DNA of 64,000 nt from an uncultured Gammaproteobacteria bacterium (GTDB taxonomy: Bacteria > Pseudomonadota > Gammaproteobacteria > DRLM01): NCBI GenBank assembly GCA_963729605.1, contig CAVSNY010000003.1, positions 384,001 to 448,000 of the forward strand. The letters run 5' to 3'. The position numbers and the translations under genes are program-made. The notes under the pieces are model-generated. The model saw nothing but the letters and a program-made list of their open reading frames with translations, searched no databases and was not told where the DNA came from. Of the stretch, positions 47,901 to 56,315 are shown piece by piece. Position 1 is the first letter of the stretch; the number at the start of each line of letters is the position of its first letter.

Positions 47901-48005
47901 GGGCAGGGTATTAAACGCCCAGATCCCCGCGCCGGTCAGCCCCAGCGCCAGCAGCAGGATCATCAGCCGCTGGATCAGGGAGAAACGGATCAGTGCGTTG
48001 ATCAT
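44928..48005 (-). CDS. CzcA/CusA-family heavy-metal RND pump
   Basis: LPIDAFPEI, ANLMSLGGLAIAIGILVDAAVVVVEN, EGKMFTPLA, RLRPVLMTA, QRPLAVVVIGG. Confidence 0.95.
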   Translation of the reverse strand: MINALIRFSLIQRLMILLLALGLTGAGIWAFNTLPIDAFPEISAPQVRVVVKAPGLSPTEVESRITFPIEVEMQGLPRQTMLRSTTKYALSIIVIDFEDGTDIYWARQQVAERLNQVWDELPAGVEGGLGPITTPLGEGYMYRVEGEGYSNQELRRIQDWVIRPRLRGVEGVADVNSLGGEVKVFEVVADPVALAAHGLGIDELETALQTNNRNAGGDRINRNNEVLLVRTVGQLRGMEEIGAITVASRNGIPVHVRDVAEVRINSLTRYGAVTADGKGEVVTGLVLLREGANSRTTVEGAKQALEELKPALPKGIEIIPFYDRTELVNDSVWTVEKALGEAVVLVLIVLLVMLGNLRSALTVALILPLSVLFTFVMMRIFGIGANLMSLGGLAIAIGILVDAAVVVVENIHTRLSHAPKGVSRLHLVYRAVVEVATPVISGILIIIVVFLPLFSLSGLEGKMFTPLAVTISFALLGSLLLSLTVIPVLASLLMRGGGEEDGRLLTALKNLYLPVMRWALRQRKIAVGGALAALMIALALFPLIGKEFMPVMDEGTTVVIIEKLPSISLERSLELDVPYQKAMMELPEVIGVVSRTGADELRLDPMDLNQTDNFLLTKPRDEWTVSLEEFQAQLREKLEGFVGIDYAFTQPIDMRVSEMLTGVRAAMAIKLYGDDLTLLEETSKQIEDLVNAIPGAVDVFREQLSGQIYLQIEIKPEAIARFGINTEAINKLIEVAVGGRVVTEVIEESQRIGVLLRYPEQARTSPEAIAALLVETPAGDKITLATLAEIREVDGPVVISRESAKRQVVVQANVEGRDVVGFVDEVRTTIQREVKLPEGYYITYGGQFENQQRAAARLALVVPIAVMLIFLMLFTTFRSLRQAGLIILNIPFAMIGGVISLYLSGLYLSVPASVGFITLFGVAVLNGVVMVSYFNQLREAGRTVLQAVQEGAERRLRPVLMTALIASLGLVPLLAATGPGSELQRPLAVVVIGGLVTSTLLTLILLPTLYAWLEGRAERNKGENL

Positions 48006-48008
48006 GGT

Positions 48009-49112
48009 CTACTCGCCTCCCTGGTACTGCCAGTGGGATTTGAGTTCGGCGACGCCGCCGCTGACGATCTCGGTGCCCGCCACGATGCCCGATTTGATGG
48101 AGACCCAGCCGTCGCTGCTGTCACCGAGCGTCACCTTGACCGGCTCGTAACTGCGCGGCCCGTTCACCTTGAAGAGGTAATTGTCGTTGCCACGGCGGAA
48201 CACGGCGCTCGCTGGCGCCATCAGTCCCGTCCGCTTCGCCCCCTGCAACTCCGCCTGCACATACATGCCGGGACGCAACAGTCCCTGGCGGTTGTCGATC
48301 ACCACCCGTCCGGCGATGGTCTGGTTCTCGGCGTCCACCTCGCTGCTGAGGGTCTGAAGCTGACCTTCGATGTTCTGCTGTGGAAAGGCGGCGACCTTGA
48401 TAACGACCTTGGCGCCGGGCGCCGCCTGGCCGATGCTGGCCACGGGAATACGGATATCCGCCCACACTTTACTCAGATCGGCAAGCCGAAACGCCGTTTC
48501 ACCCGCGGTGAGCAATTGACCGCTCTCCACCGCCACCTCCAGCACCACACCATTGGCGGGGCTGATCAGCGGGTAATCGGCAATGCTATCGGATTGCCGG
48601 GCCAGTCCCTCGATTTGGGACGCACTCAATCCCGCCAGGATCAAGGCACGACGACGCTGATCCAGCATCGCCTGCGCCATCTTGTATTGGCTCTCCGCCT
48701 CCAACAGACGGCTCTCGGCCACCACGCCGTCCTGACGCAGTCCCTTGATGCGCTGCCGTTCGGTCTGCGCTACGTCATAACGGGCCAGCGCCTCCAGATA
48801 ATCCGCCTGTGCCTGCCCCAGGGTATTGCTGTGCAACCGCGCCAGCACTTGACCTTTGCGCACCACCGCATACTCCACCACCTTCAATTCCGTGACCAAG
48901 CCATCGACGACCGGTGCGACGCGGAACAACCGTTGCTGATCGGCGCGCAAAACACCGCTGGCAATAATCGTGGTGGCGGCTTGACGCTCGATCACCTTGG
49001 CCGTGCTCAGTTTCACATTGGCCATCTGCTGGGGTGTCAGTTCGAGGCCATGCACAACCACGGGCAAGGCCATCAAGATCAATAACAGGGATTTCGCGAA
49101 TACAGATTTCAT
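48009..49112 (-). CDS. RND periplasmic adaptor (CzcB-like)
   Basis: Lipoyl-like half motifs, ADLSKVW, LRPGMYV. Confidence 0.92.
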   Translation of the reverse strand: MKSVFAKSLLLILMALPVVVHGLELTPQQMANVKLSTAKVIERQAATTIIASGVLRADQQRLFRVAPVVDGLVTELKVVEYAVVRKGQVLARLHSNTLGQAQADYLEALARYDVAQTERQRIKGLRQDGVVAESRLLEAESQYKMAQAMLDQRRRALILAGLSASQIEGLARQSDSIADYPLISPANGVVLEVAVESGQLLTAGETAFRLADLSKVWADIRIPVASIGQAAPGAKVVIKVAAFPQQNIEGQLQTLSSEVDAENQTIAGRVVIDNRQGLLRPGMYVQAELQGAKRTGLMAPASAVFRRGNDNYLFKVNGPRSYEPVKVTLGDSSDGWVSIKSGIVAGTEIVSGGVAELKSHWQYQGGE

Positions 49113-50425
49113 TGTGCGTTTCCTTCAACAGATGGCGAGGCGAGCAGCGACACACCGGCGGCGCGGCGCAACTCGGCGGCCTCCAGCCATGACTGCTGCA
49201 ACAGTTCCAGGTAACGGGCGCGGGCATCGAAATAGGTCTCTACCGCATCGACGAGATTGAGTATCTCCACCTCGCCGGCGGCGAAACCCTTGCGGCTGAG
49301 TTGGAAGATCTCCTCGGCGGGTTCAAGCACCTTGCCGCGGTATTCCTGGGCCTGCTCGATCAGATGCGCCAAGTGCAGATGATTGAGGCGCAGCCGGTTG
49401 CCGATCTGACGTTGCAGGGCCTCCGCCTCGAACTGCGCTTTCTGCTTAGCGGCACGAGCGGTGTCGATATGTCCCTTGCCGCGATCCCACAGCGGCAAGG
49501 TCACCGCCACGCCGATCGCCGTGACGTCCTGGCGGCTACCGCCCAGGAAACCTCGCTCACGCGCCAGCCATAACTCAGGGTCGGCAAAACGGTTGGCGCG
49601 CGCCACATCCACACCATGACGGGCGGCTTCCACCCGCTGACGCGCCGCCGACAGGATAGGGTTGGCCTCAAACTGCGATTCCAACCCGGCCAAATCCGGC
49701 AATACCGGTGGATGATTCAAGGCCGCCACGGCGGGATCGGCTTCAGCCACATTCAACAGGGTTAGAAAATCGGAGAGGGATTCACTGTATTCACCTTCGG
49801 CGGAGGCGATCAACTGCTTGGCCGATTCACGCACCACATCCAGACGCAGGCGTTCCAGGCGCGACAAATCTCCCGCCTGTTCACGGCGACGGCCGATGTC
49901 TTGAAACTCATCGGCGCTTTGTAGCCGTTGTTCGGCCAGCAAGAACAAGGCGCGATTCAGTTGTAAACCATGAAAAACCCGCGCCGCCTCGTATTCCAGC
50001 GCCAGACTTTGTTGCCCCGCCTCAGCCTCGGCCTGTTTGAGACCGGCATCTGCCTGTTTACGTTGCACGCCCAGGCGGCCACTCACGGGCAGCGGCTGGC
50101 TGACTCGGAACTGAGTCAAGTCGGCGCCACCTTGACCATCCTCTTTACCCAGGGAATTGTCGGCGCCCAATTCGACGGTAGGATTAGGCCAGACACCGGC
50201 CTGACGCAAAACTCCCTGGCGCGCTTTCACTTCGGCTTCGGCGGCGCGCCGTTCCGGCGCTTGCTCTAATACCCGTTGGGCCGTGGTCTCCAACGTCCAC
50301 GCTTCGGTTTGAGCGGCGGCGACGCCGCTCGCCACCATCAATACCACACCGGCGCACACCCCTCTGCCGGCGCGTTCGAAAAGTCCTCTCGACACGGTAT
50401 AAATCCTCACCCATGGCCACGCCAC
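49109..50425 (-). CDS. TolC/CzcC-family outer-membrane channel (start uncertain)
   Basis: AGVWPNP, TLPLWDRGKG, GFAAGEVEILNLVDA. Confidence 0.9.
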   Translation of the reverse strand: MAWPWVRIYTVSRGLFERAGRGVCAGVVLMVASGVAAAQTEAWTLETTAQRVLEQAPERRAAEAEVKARQGVLRQAGVWPNPTVELGADNSLGKEDGQGGADLTQFRVSQPLPVSGRLGVQRKQADAGLKQAEAEAGQQSLALEYEAARVFHGLQLNRALFLLAEQRLQSADEFQDIGRRREQAGDLSRLERLRLDVVRESAKQLIASAEGEYSESLSDFLTLLNVAEADPAVAALNHPPVLPDLAGLESQFEANPILSAARQRVEAARHGVDVARANRFADPELWLARERGFLGGSRQDVTAIGVAVTLPLWDRGKGHIDTARAAKQKAQFEAEALQRQIGNRLRLNHLHLAHLIEQAQEYRGKVLEPAEEIFQLSRKGFAAGEVEILNLVDAVETYFDARARYLELLQQSWLEAAELRRAAGVSLLASPSVEGNAQ

Positions 50426-50545
50426 AAAGCACCTTTAAGGCGCATCCATGGCGGCCAACGAATTAAACAAACGGGATTGCGTGCTGACAGACTCGAACAC
50501 CAAGGTTCGCATCCCATAGCCAGCGCTGTTTACGTCAGATGAGGA

Positions 50546-50965
50546 TTAGAGCGGGGGTGCGCGCAGCGGCGGCCTGAAGGCGATGCCGCGGGTAGTAAAG
50601 GAGACTTCAAGATTGACCGGCCAATAATAGGCACGGACCAGCAGAGGTACCAACAGGATAACGGAGAGAAATAAAACCGCGACCAGGGTGTCGCTAAATT
50701 TGAGGTTCTTGACTACCGCGTCCGCCGATAAGTCGATCTCGGTCGCGGGGTCATGCTCTTCTTCATTATTTGCGTCGGAAGAAGTCACATGAATCTCGGG
50801 ATGATGCGCATGGTTATCCAGCATACCCACCTGATCGAGCTGCTTATGATGATCATGCGTGCTGTGCACATGAAGCGGCAGAGTCTGTACAAACAACAAC
50901 GCCATGACGGCCATGAACACCATCAAGATTCGATTGCGGCAGTTGTGTATACGGAATTGATTCAT
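50546..50965 (-). CDS. His-rich leader protein ending in RAPP (DUF2946/CzcI-like), possible arrest peptide
   Basis: MNQFRIH..., hydrophobic N-segment, HVHSTHDHH...HAHH, second hydrophobic segment, C-terminal FRPPLRAPPL*. Confidence 0.78.
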   Translation of the reverse strand: MNQFRIHNCRNRILMVFMAVMALLFVQTLPLHVHSTHDHHKQLDQVGMLDNHAHHPEIHVTSSDANNEEEHDPATEIDLSADAVVKNLKFSDTLVAVLFLSVILLVPLLVRAYYWPVNLEVSFTTRGIAFRPPLRAPPL

Positions 50966-51630
50966 GAGGTCTCGGAATGTTTGCTTGATAACAGCTTGAG
51001 CAAAAGCTTCGCCAGCTTTCCATACCGGATTGTTATTGTCAATACGCTTTGGATACCAGCGCATTGTTGTACAGGCCGGTGGGCACGCCGTTTTCGTAAC
51101 GCTGATTGCTGCCGTCGCCCTGATCCAGCCGGGTCTCGCCGCCGGCGGTGACGGCGCCGCGCGAATTGAACTGCCAATTGTAAAAAGCGCCGCCGTCCGA
51201 TCAAACACCGGCGCCGTTCGGAACGTATTCCAGCTTGGAGACCTGCGAGATCGAGCGCCGGCGTTTCTTCGCCGCGGAGGGGCGTTGCCATTGCAGCGTC
51301 GGCCGTGTACCGTGGGAATCGCCCTCCCTGCTGCGCGAGGCGCCTTACGCCGAACGCCCCCGCTTTCCCGCAGACGAGGGTAATCGTTTTTAATCTGCGC
51401 CCGCGTCTTAAATGCACTTGCACAGACCACGGGATAAAAACCGTTGACGTAGACACCGGGGCGGCGAATCACCATCCGTCGCCGCAATTGCGGCCATGCG
51501 CGACTTCCTATTCATTATATTCCGCGCAATCGCCGCGGCTGGGCTAAACTGAAAATATCATCGGCGATCAAACGCCTCGCTCCATTCCAAATCTTGCGGT
51601 TCTCGTTCGCCGTATTTCACGAGGTACATC

Positions 51631-53043
51631 ATGGACTGGTCCGATCCCCTGCTCCTCGCCCGCGTGCAGTTCGGTTTCACCATTGCGTTTCACATCATTT
51701 TTCCGGCCTTTTCGATCGGGCTGGCCAGTTTTCTGGCCTTTATCGAGGGTCTATGGCTCGGCACCGGCAAGGCCATTTATCTCGCCGTATTCAACTACTG
51801 GAAAAAGATATTCGCACTGACCTTCGGCATGGGCGTGGTATCGGGCGTGGTCATGAGTTATCAGTTCGGCACCAACTGGAGCGTGTTCGCCGACAAAACC
51901 GGCCCGGTGCTCGGCCCGCTGATGGGCTACGAGGTGATGTCGGCCTTTTTCCTCGAGGCCGGTTTTCTCGGCGTGATGTTGTTCGGTCTCGGACGCGTCG
52001 GCAAAAAATTACATTTTTTCGCGACGCTGATGGTCGCGATCGGTACCTTGTTCTCGGCGTTCTGGATTCTATCGGTCAACAGCTGGATGCACACGCCGGC
52101 GGGTTATGCCATCAACGGCGCGGGCCAGTTCATTCCGGTCGACTGGTGGGCCGTCATATTCAATCCTTCGTTTCCCTATCGTCTCGTACATATGGTGTTG
52201 GCGGCTTATCTCACTACCGCCCTCGCGGTGGCGGCGGTCGCGGCCTGGCATCTGCTGCGCGACAAGAATAACGCCGCGGCGCGGGTGATGTTCTCGCTCG
52301 GCATGGCCATGGTCGCCGTGGTCGCGCCGCTGCAAATTATCGCGGGCGACCTCCACGGCCTCAACACACTCGAATATCAGCCCGCCAAGATCGCGGCGAT
52401 GGAGGGCCATTTCGAGACGCGCGCCGGCGCGCCGCTGATCCTGTTCGGACTGCCCGACATGGAAGGCGAGACCACGCGCCATGCCGTGGAAATCCCCCGT
52501 CTCGGCAGTCTGATCCTCACCCACGACTGGCAGGGCGAGATCAAAGGGTTGAAGGCGTGGCCGCCCGAGGAACGGCCCAACGCGTCCATCGTATTCTGGA
52601 GCTTTCGTATCATGATCGTGCTTGGCTTGCTGATGGCGCTGCTCGGCGTGTGGAGTCTGGCGCAGCGTCTGCGCGGCCGTTTATACGACGATCGCCGGCT
52701 GTTGCGCGCGGCCTGCTTGATGGGCCCGAGCGGTTTCGCCGCGCTGTTGTCGGGCTGGATCACCACCGAGGTCGGCCGCCAGCCCTACACGGTCTACGGC
52801 CTGCTGCGCACCGCCGATTCGGTGTCGCCGGTCGCCGCACCCGTGGTCGCGAGCTCCCTGGCCGCCTATTTCGTCGTCTATATAGCCATCTTCGCCGCGG
52901 GCGCATATTACATCCTGCGCCTCATGCGCCACCCGCCGGACGTCCACGAACCCGACCTGCGGACCGGCCTGCCGCTGCGCGCCGCGGGTATCACGCCCGC
53001 GCCGGCCATGCTGCCGAAAAATCATCCGGAGAACTCGCCATGA
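51631..53043 (+). CDS. cydA: Cytochrome bd quinol oxidase subunit I (short Q-loop, CioA type)
   Basis: ARVQFGFTIAFHIIFP, YQFGTNW, FLEAGFLG, QPAKIAAMEG, EVGRQPY. Confidence 0.95.
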   Translation: MDWSDPLLLARVQFGFTIAFHIIFPAFSIGLASFLAFIEGLWLGTGKAIYLAVFNYWKKIFALTFGMGVVSGVVMSYQFGTNWSVFADKTGPVLGPLMGYEVMSAFFLEAGFLGVMLFGLGRVGKKLHFFATLMVAIGTLFSAFWILSVNSWMHTPAGYAINGAGQFIPVDWWAVIFNPSFPYRLVHMVLAAYLTTALAVAAVAAWHLLRDKNNAAARVMFSLGMAMVAVVAPLQIIAGDLHGLNTLEYQPAKIAAMEGHFETRAGAPLILFGLPDMEGETTRHAVEIPRLGSLILTHDWQGEIKGLKAWPPEERPNASIVFWSFRIMIVLGLLMALLGVWSLAQRLRGRLYDDRRLLRAACLMGPSGFAALLSGWITTEVGRQPYTVYGLLRTADSVSPVAAPVVASSLAAYFVVYIAIFAAGAYYILRLMRHPPDVHEPDLRTGLPLRAAGITPAPAMLPKNHPENSP

Positions 53044-54044
53044 GCGTCGATTTCGCGCTGGTCTGGGCCGGCATTCTCGCCTTCGCGATCCTCGCCTACG
53101 TCGTGCTCGACGGCTTCGATCTCGGCGTTGGCATACTGTTTCCGTTCTTTCGCGATCCGCACGACCGCGACCGCATGATGAACTCGATCGCGCCGGTATG
53201 GGACGGCAACGAGACCTGGCTGGTGCTCGGCGGCGGCGGCCTGTTCGCGGCCTTTCCGCTCGCCTACGCCGTGGCGATGCCCGCGCTGTACATCCCGCTC
53301 ACCGCCATGCTGATCGGCCTGATCTTCCGCGGCGTCGCTTTCGAATTTCGCGCGCGCGCGCGAACCAGCAAATTTTTATGGGACTGGGCTTTCACGGCCG
53401 GCTCGGCCGTCGCGGCCTTCGCGCAGGGCCTCGTGCTCGGCAGTTTCGTGCAAGGCATCGCCATCACCGGGCGCGCCTACGGCGGCGGGACGTGGGATTG
53501 GCTCACGCCCTTCAGCGTGCTGACCGGTTTCGCATTGCTGATCGGCTATACGCTGCTCGGGGCAACCTGGCTGGTGATGAAGACGGAAGGCGAACTGCAT
53601 GAGCACGCCGGTCGTTGCGCGCGCAAAGCCGGTATCGGGACCTTCGCGGCGATCATCGTCATCAGCCTGTGGACGCCCTGGCTGCATCCGCAATACGCCG
53701 CGCGCTGGTTCGATTGGCCCATGACCTTGTACACCTTTGCGGTGCCGGCGCTGGTGGTGATCTGCGCCGTCATGTTGTTCCGCGGTTTGCATCAGCGCCG
53801 CCCCGCGCTCCCGTTTCTCGCGGCGCTGGGACTGTTCGTGTTGTGTTATTTCGGTCTCATCATCGGTCTCTTTCCCTACATCGTGCCGCACTCGCTGAGT
53901 TTATGGGAGGCCGCCGCACCCGACAGCAGCTTGCGATTCCTGTTGATCGGCGCCGTAATCCTGCTGCCCATGATCCTCGGCTACACCGCCTACGCCTACT
54001 GGGTGTTTCGCGGCAAGGTCGCGGAGGCGTCGCATTATCACTGA
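53040..54044 (+). CDS. cydB: Cytochrome bd quinol oxidase subunit II (CioB type)
   Basis: YVVLDGFDLGVG, PVWDGNETWLV, RGVAFEFR, YWVFRGKV; ATGA overlap with cydA. Confidence 0.95.
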   Translation: MSVDFALVWAGILAFAILAYVVLDGFDLGVGILFPFFRDPHDRDRMMNSIAPVWDGNETWLVLGGGGLFAAFPLAYAVAMPALYIPLTAMLIGLIFRGVAFEFRARARTSKFLWDWAFTAGSAVAAFAQGLVLGSFVQGIAITGRAYGGGTWDWLTPFSVLTGFALLIGYTLLGATWLVMKTEGELHEHAGRCARKAGIGTFAAIIVISLWTPWLHPQYAARWFDWPMTLYTFAVPALVVICAVMLFRGLHQRRPALPFLAALGLFVLCYFGLIIGLFPYIVPHSLSLWEAAAPDSSLRFLLIGAVILLPMILGYTAYAYWVFRGKVAEASHYH

Positions 54045-54140
54045 CAGCGAACGAGCGCCCCGATACGGCAAGACGCACATGACGGTGAAGCTGCCGTATT
54101 CCGGCGGCGTTGAAATTGGCGACGGCAAATGACGGCGGAC

Positions 54141-54176
54141 GCCGTCCCCGCGGCGCATACACGCTGCGGGGACGGC
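54141..54176. terminator. GC-rich hairpin between convergent cydB and TonB receptor genes
   Basis: GCCGTCCCCGCGGCG-CATACA-CGCTGCGGGGACGGC. Confidence 0.6.
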
Positions 54177-54183
54177 CGGCCGA

Positions 54184-56220
54184 TTAGAGGAAGTTGATGA
54201 TGACGCCGGCCATGACATTGGTCGGCGCCCGCGGATTGAAACTGGTCGGCTGGCCCTGCGCGTTGGCGCCGGAGATATTCTCGCCGTAGACCTCGTCGGC
54301 GAGGTTGTTAACGTCCATATACCAGCGGACGTTGCGGCCTTGCGCGGTACGCATCGTATAAAACACCGTGGCGTTCACCACATCGTAACCTTCATATTCA
54401 CCGGTGTTCTGATTGTTGGTGTAATAAGGGCCGACCGAACGCCAGCGCAGACTGCCGCCCCAGCCGTTCGGCGGCGAATACTTGGCGCCGAGGTTGGCGA
54501 CGTAACGCGGCACGCGCTGCAACTCCTTGCCGACGACGGTCGGGTCGGTGCTCTTCTCGATCTCCGAGTCGAAGATGCCGAAGCCCGTCGACAGTTCGAC
54601 GTGGTTCCACATCGGCGGGTAATAACGCACCTCGCCTTCGAGGCCGATGCGGCGGCTCTCGCCGGCGTTGATGAACTGCGGCGGCGTGACGTTCGGCACC
54701 TGCTGGATCTCGTCGGAGCTGTCGAGAATGAAGGCCGCGAGGTCGACGTACCATTGCGGCGAGGGCGCACCGTTGACGCCGATTTCATATTGCCAGAATT
54801 CGACGGCATCGACATTGATGTTGGGATCGAACTTCTGCGTGCTGTTGGGCAAGGCGAAACCGTTGGCGGCGCTGGCGCGCAGCTCCCAATTGTCGGTTAT
54901 TTCCGAACGCACGCCGAATTTGGGGCTGATGCGCGCGAAGTCGTCGAGATCGGTCGTGATGCCGGTCTGCAGATTGGTGAGCGAACCGTCGAAGTCATCG
55001 TAACGGAAACCCAGGGTCGGCCGGAAACGCGGATCGATGTCGAGGTCCATCTGGCCGTACAGCGAGGTGGTGGTCAGCGTGAAATCGCGGTCGCGCTGCT
55101 TGGCGCCGCGCACCCGCGCGTTGGTCGCCCACTGATCTTCATGGGTATCTTCGTCGTAATATTCGGCGCCGAGCACCCAATGGCTGTCGATGCCCAGCAG
55201 TCGATGTTCGCCGTTCAAGCTGGCGCCGACCGCCCTGACCTCGCGGTCGTGGGCGCGTTCCACTTGATTGGGCGGCGGATTGGGCGTGCTCGACTCGAAG
55301 CGGGTCAGGTTCATCTGGGTGTTGTAGGCGAAGGTCAGCAGCTTGAGCTTTTCGTTGATGAGGTGATTGAAGTCGATGCGCTGCGACGAATAACGTTTCT
55401 CGCCGCCGTCACGCTGATCGGCCACACTCGGCGCCTGCCGGTGGCGCAGATCGTCGTTGAGGAACTGGTCGCGGCCAATATTGCCCGGGCCTTCGAACCA
55501 GGCGCCGTGGCCGCGCAGCGACAAGGCGATCTCGGAGCGATCGCCGATCTCATAGGCGGCGCGCAGCGCGGAATTCATCTTGCTGAAGCGCGAATTGTCG
55601 CGCCAGCCGTCGCTCTCGTAGCCCTGCACCGCGCCGTTGAGCTGCACGTCGCCGACCCGGGTGCCGAAGGCGACCTGGCCGTCGTAGCTGTCGAACGCGC
55701 CGCCCGACAGGTGTACGTCGGCGTATTCACCGCCCTTGCGGGTGGTGAAGGCCATCACGCCGCCGCGCGCGAAGTTGCCGTACAGCGGCGAGACCGGGCC
55801 CTTGTACACCGCGAGGCTCTCGATCTCGAGCGGAATGACGACGTTGGTGTCGGCGTAACCGTCGGCATGGCCGTCGGCCTCGTTCATGGTGACGCCGTCG
55901 AGCGTGAAACCGATATCGCCGCCGTGGCCGCCGCTGGTCATGCCGCGAATGGTGATGAAGTCGGCGACGCTGCCCGACTGGATCGAACGCGCCTCGACGC
56001 CCGGCGCCTCCTCGAGGATCGCCAGCGGATTCTCCCAGCGCTGCGATCCGATCGTGTCGGACGAAATCACGTTGACCGTGAACGAACGGTCGGAGTCCTT
56101 CATGGCCTCGCCTTTGACGGTGATTTCATTGAGCTTGACCGGCTCCTCGGCCTGTACGCCTATCCCCGTGCCGAATAAGGCCAGAGCGATCGCGCATTTT
56201 TTGAAACGATGATGCATCAT
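54184..56220 (-). CDS. TonB-dependent receptor
   Basis: Signal peptide, TonB-box-like LNEITVKG, plug ITIRG...YKGPVSPLYG, C-terminal NNLADEVY. Confidence 0.92.
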   Translation of the reverse strand: MMHHRFKKCAIALALFGTGIGVQAEEPVKLNEITVKGEAMKDSDRSFTVNVISSDTIGSQRWENPLAILEEAPGVEARSIQSGSVADFITIRGMTSGGHGGDIGFTLDGVTMNEADGHADGYADTNVVIPLEIESLAVYKGPVSPLYGNFARGGVMAFTTRKGGEYADVHLSGGAFDSYDGQVAFGTRVGDVQLNGAVQGYESDGWRDNSRFSKMNSALRAAYEIGDRSEIALSLRGHGAWFEGPGNIGRDQFLNDDLRHRQAPSVADQRDGGEKRYSSQRIDFNHLINEKLKLLTFAYNTQMNLTRFESSTPNPPPNQVERAHDREVRAVGASLNGEHRLLGIDSHWVLGAEYYDEDTHEDQWATNARVRGAKQRDRDFTLTTTSLYGQMDLDIDPRFRPTLGFRYDDFDGSLTNLQTGITTDLDDFARISPKFGVRSEITDNWELRASAANGFALPNSTQKFDPNINVDAVEFWQYEIGVNGAPSPQWYVDLAAFILDSSDEIQQVPNVTPPQFINAGESRRIGLEGEVRYYPPMWNHVELSTGFGIFDSEIEKSTDPTVVGKELQRVPRYVANLGAKYSPPNGWGGSLRWRSVGPYYTNNQNTGEYEGYDVVNATVFYTMRTAQGRNVRWYMDVNNLADEVYGENISGANAQGQPTSFNPRAPTNVMAGVIINFL

Positions 56221-56315
56221 GATTCCCCTCTCCGTTATGACGAACAGACAGCCACCCCGGTAATATCCGGCGCTTCGCCTGGTTACACATGCAGCCGGTT
56301 TGAACCGGCCCACCC

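Noticed and set aside
50974-50996. Zur-like box (AATGTT...ATAACA) upstream of the RAPP leader
   Set aside because: The spacing between TGTT and AACA is one base longer than the Zur consensus and the left half-site is poor.
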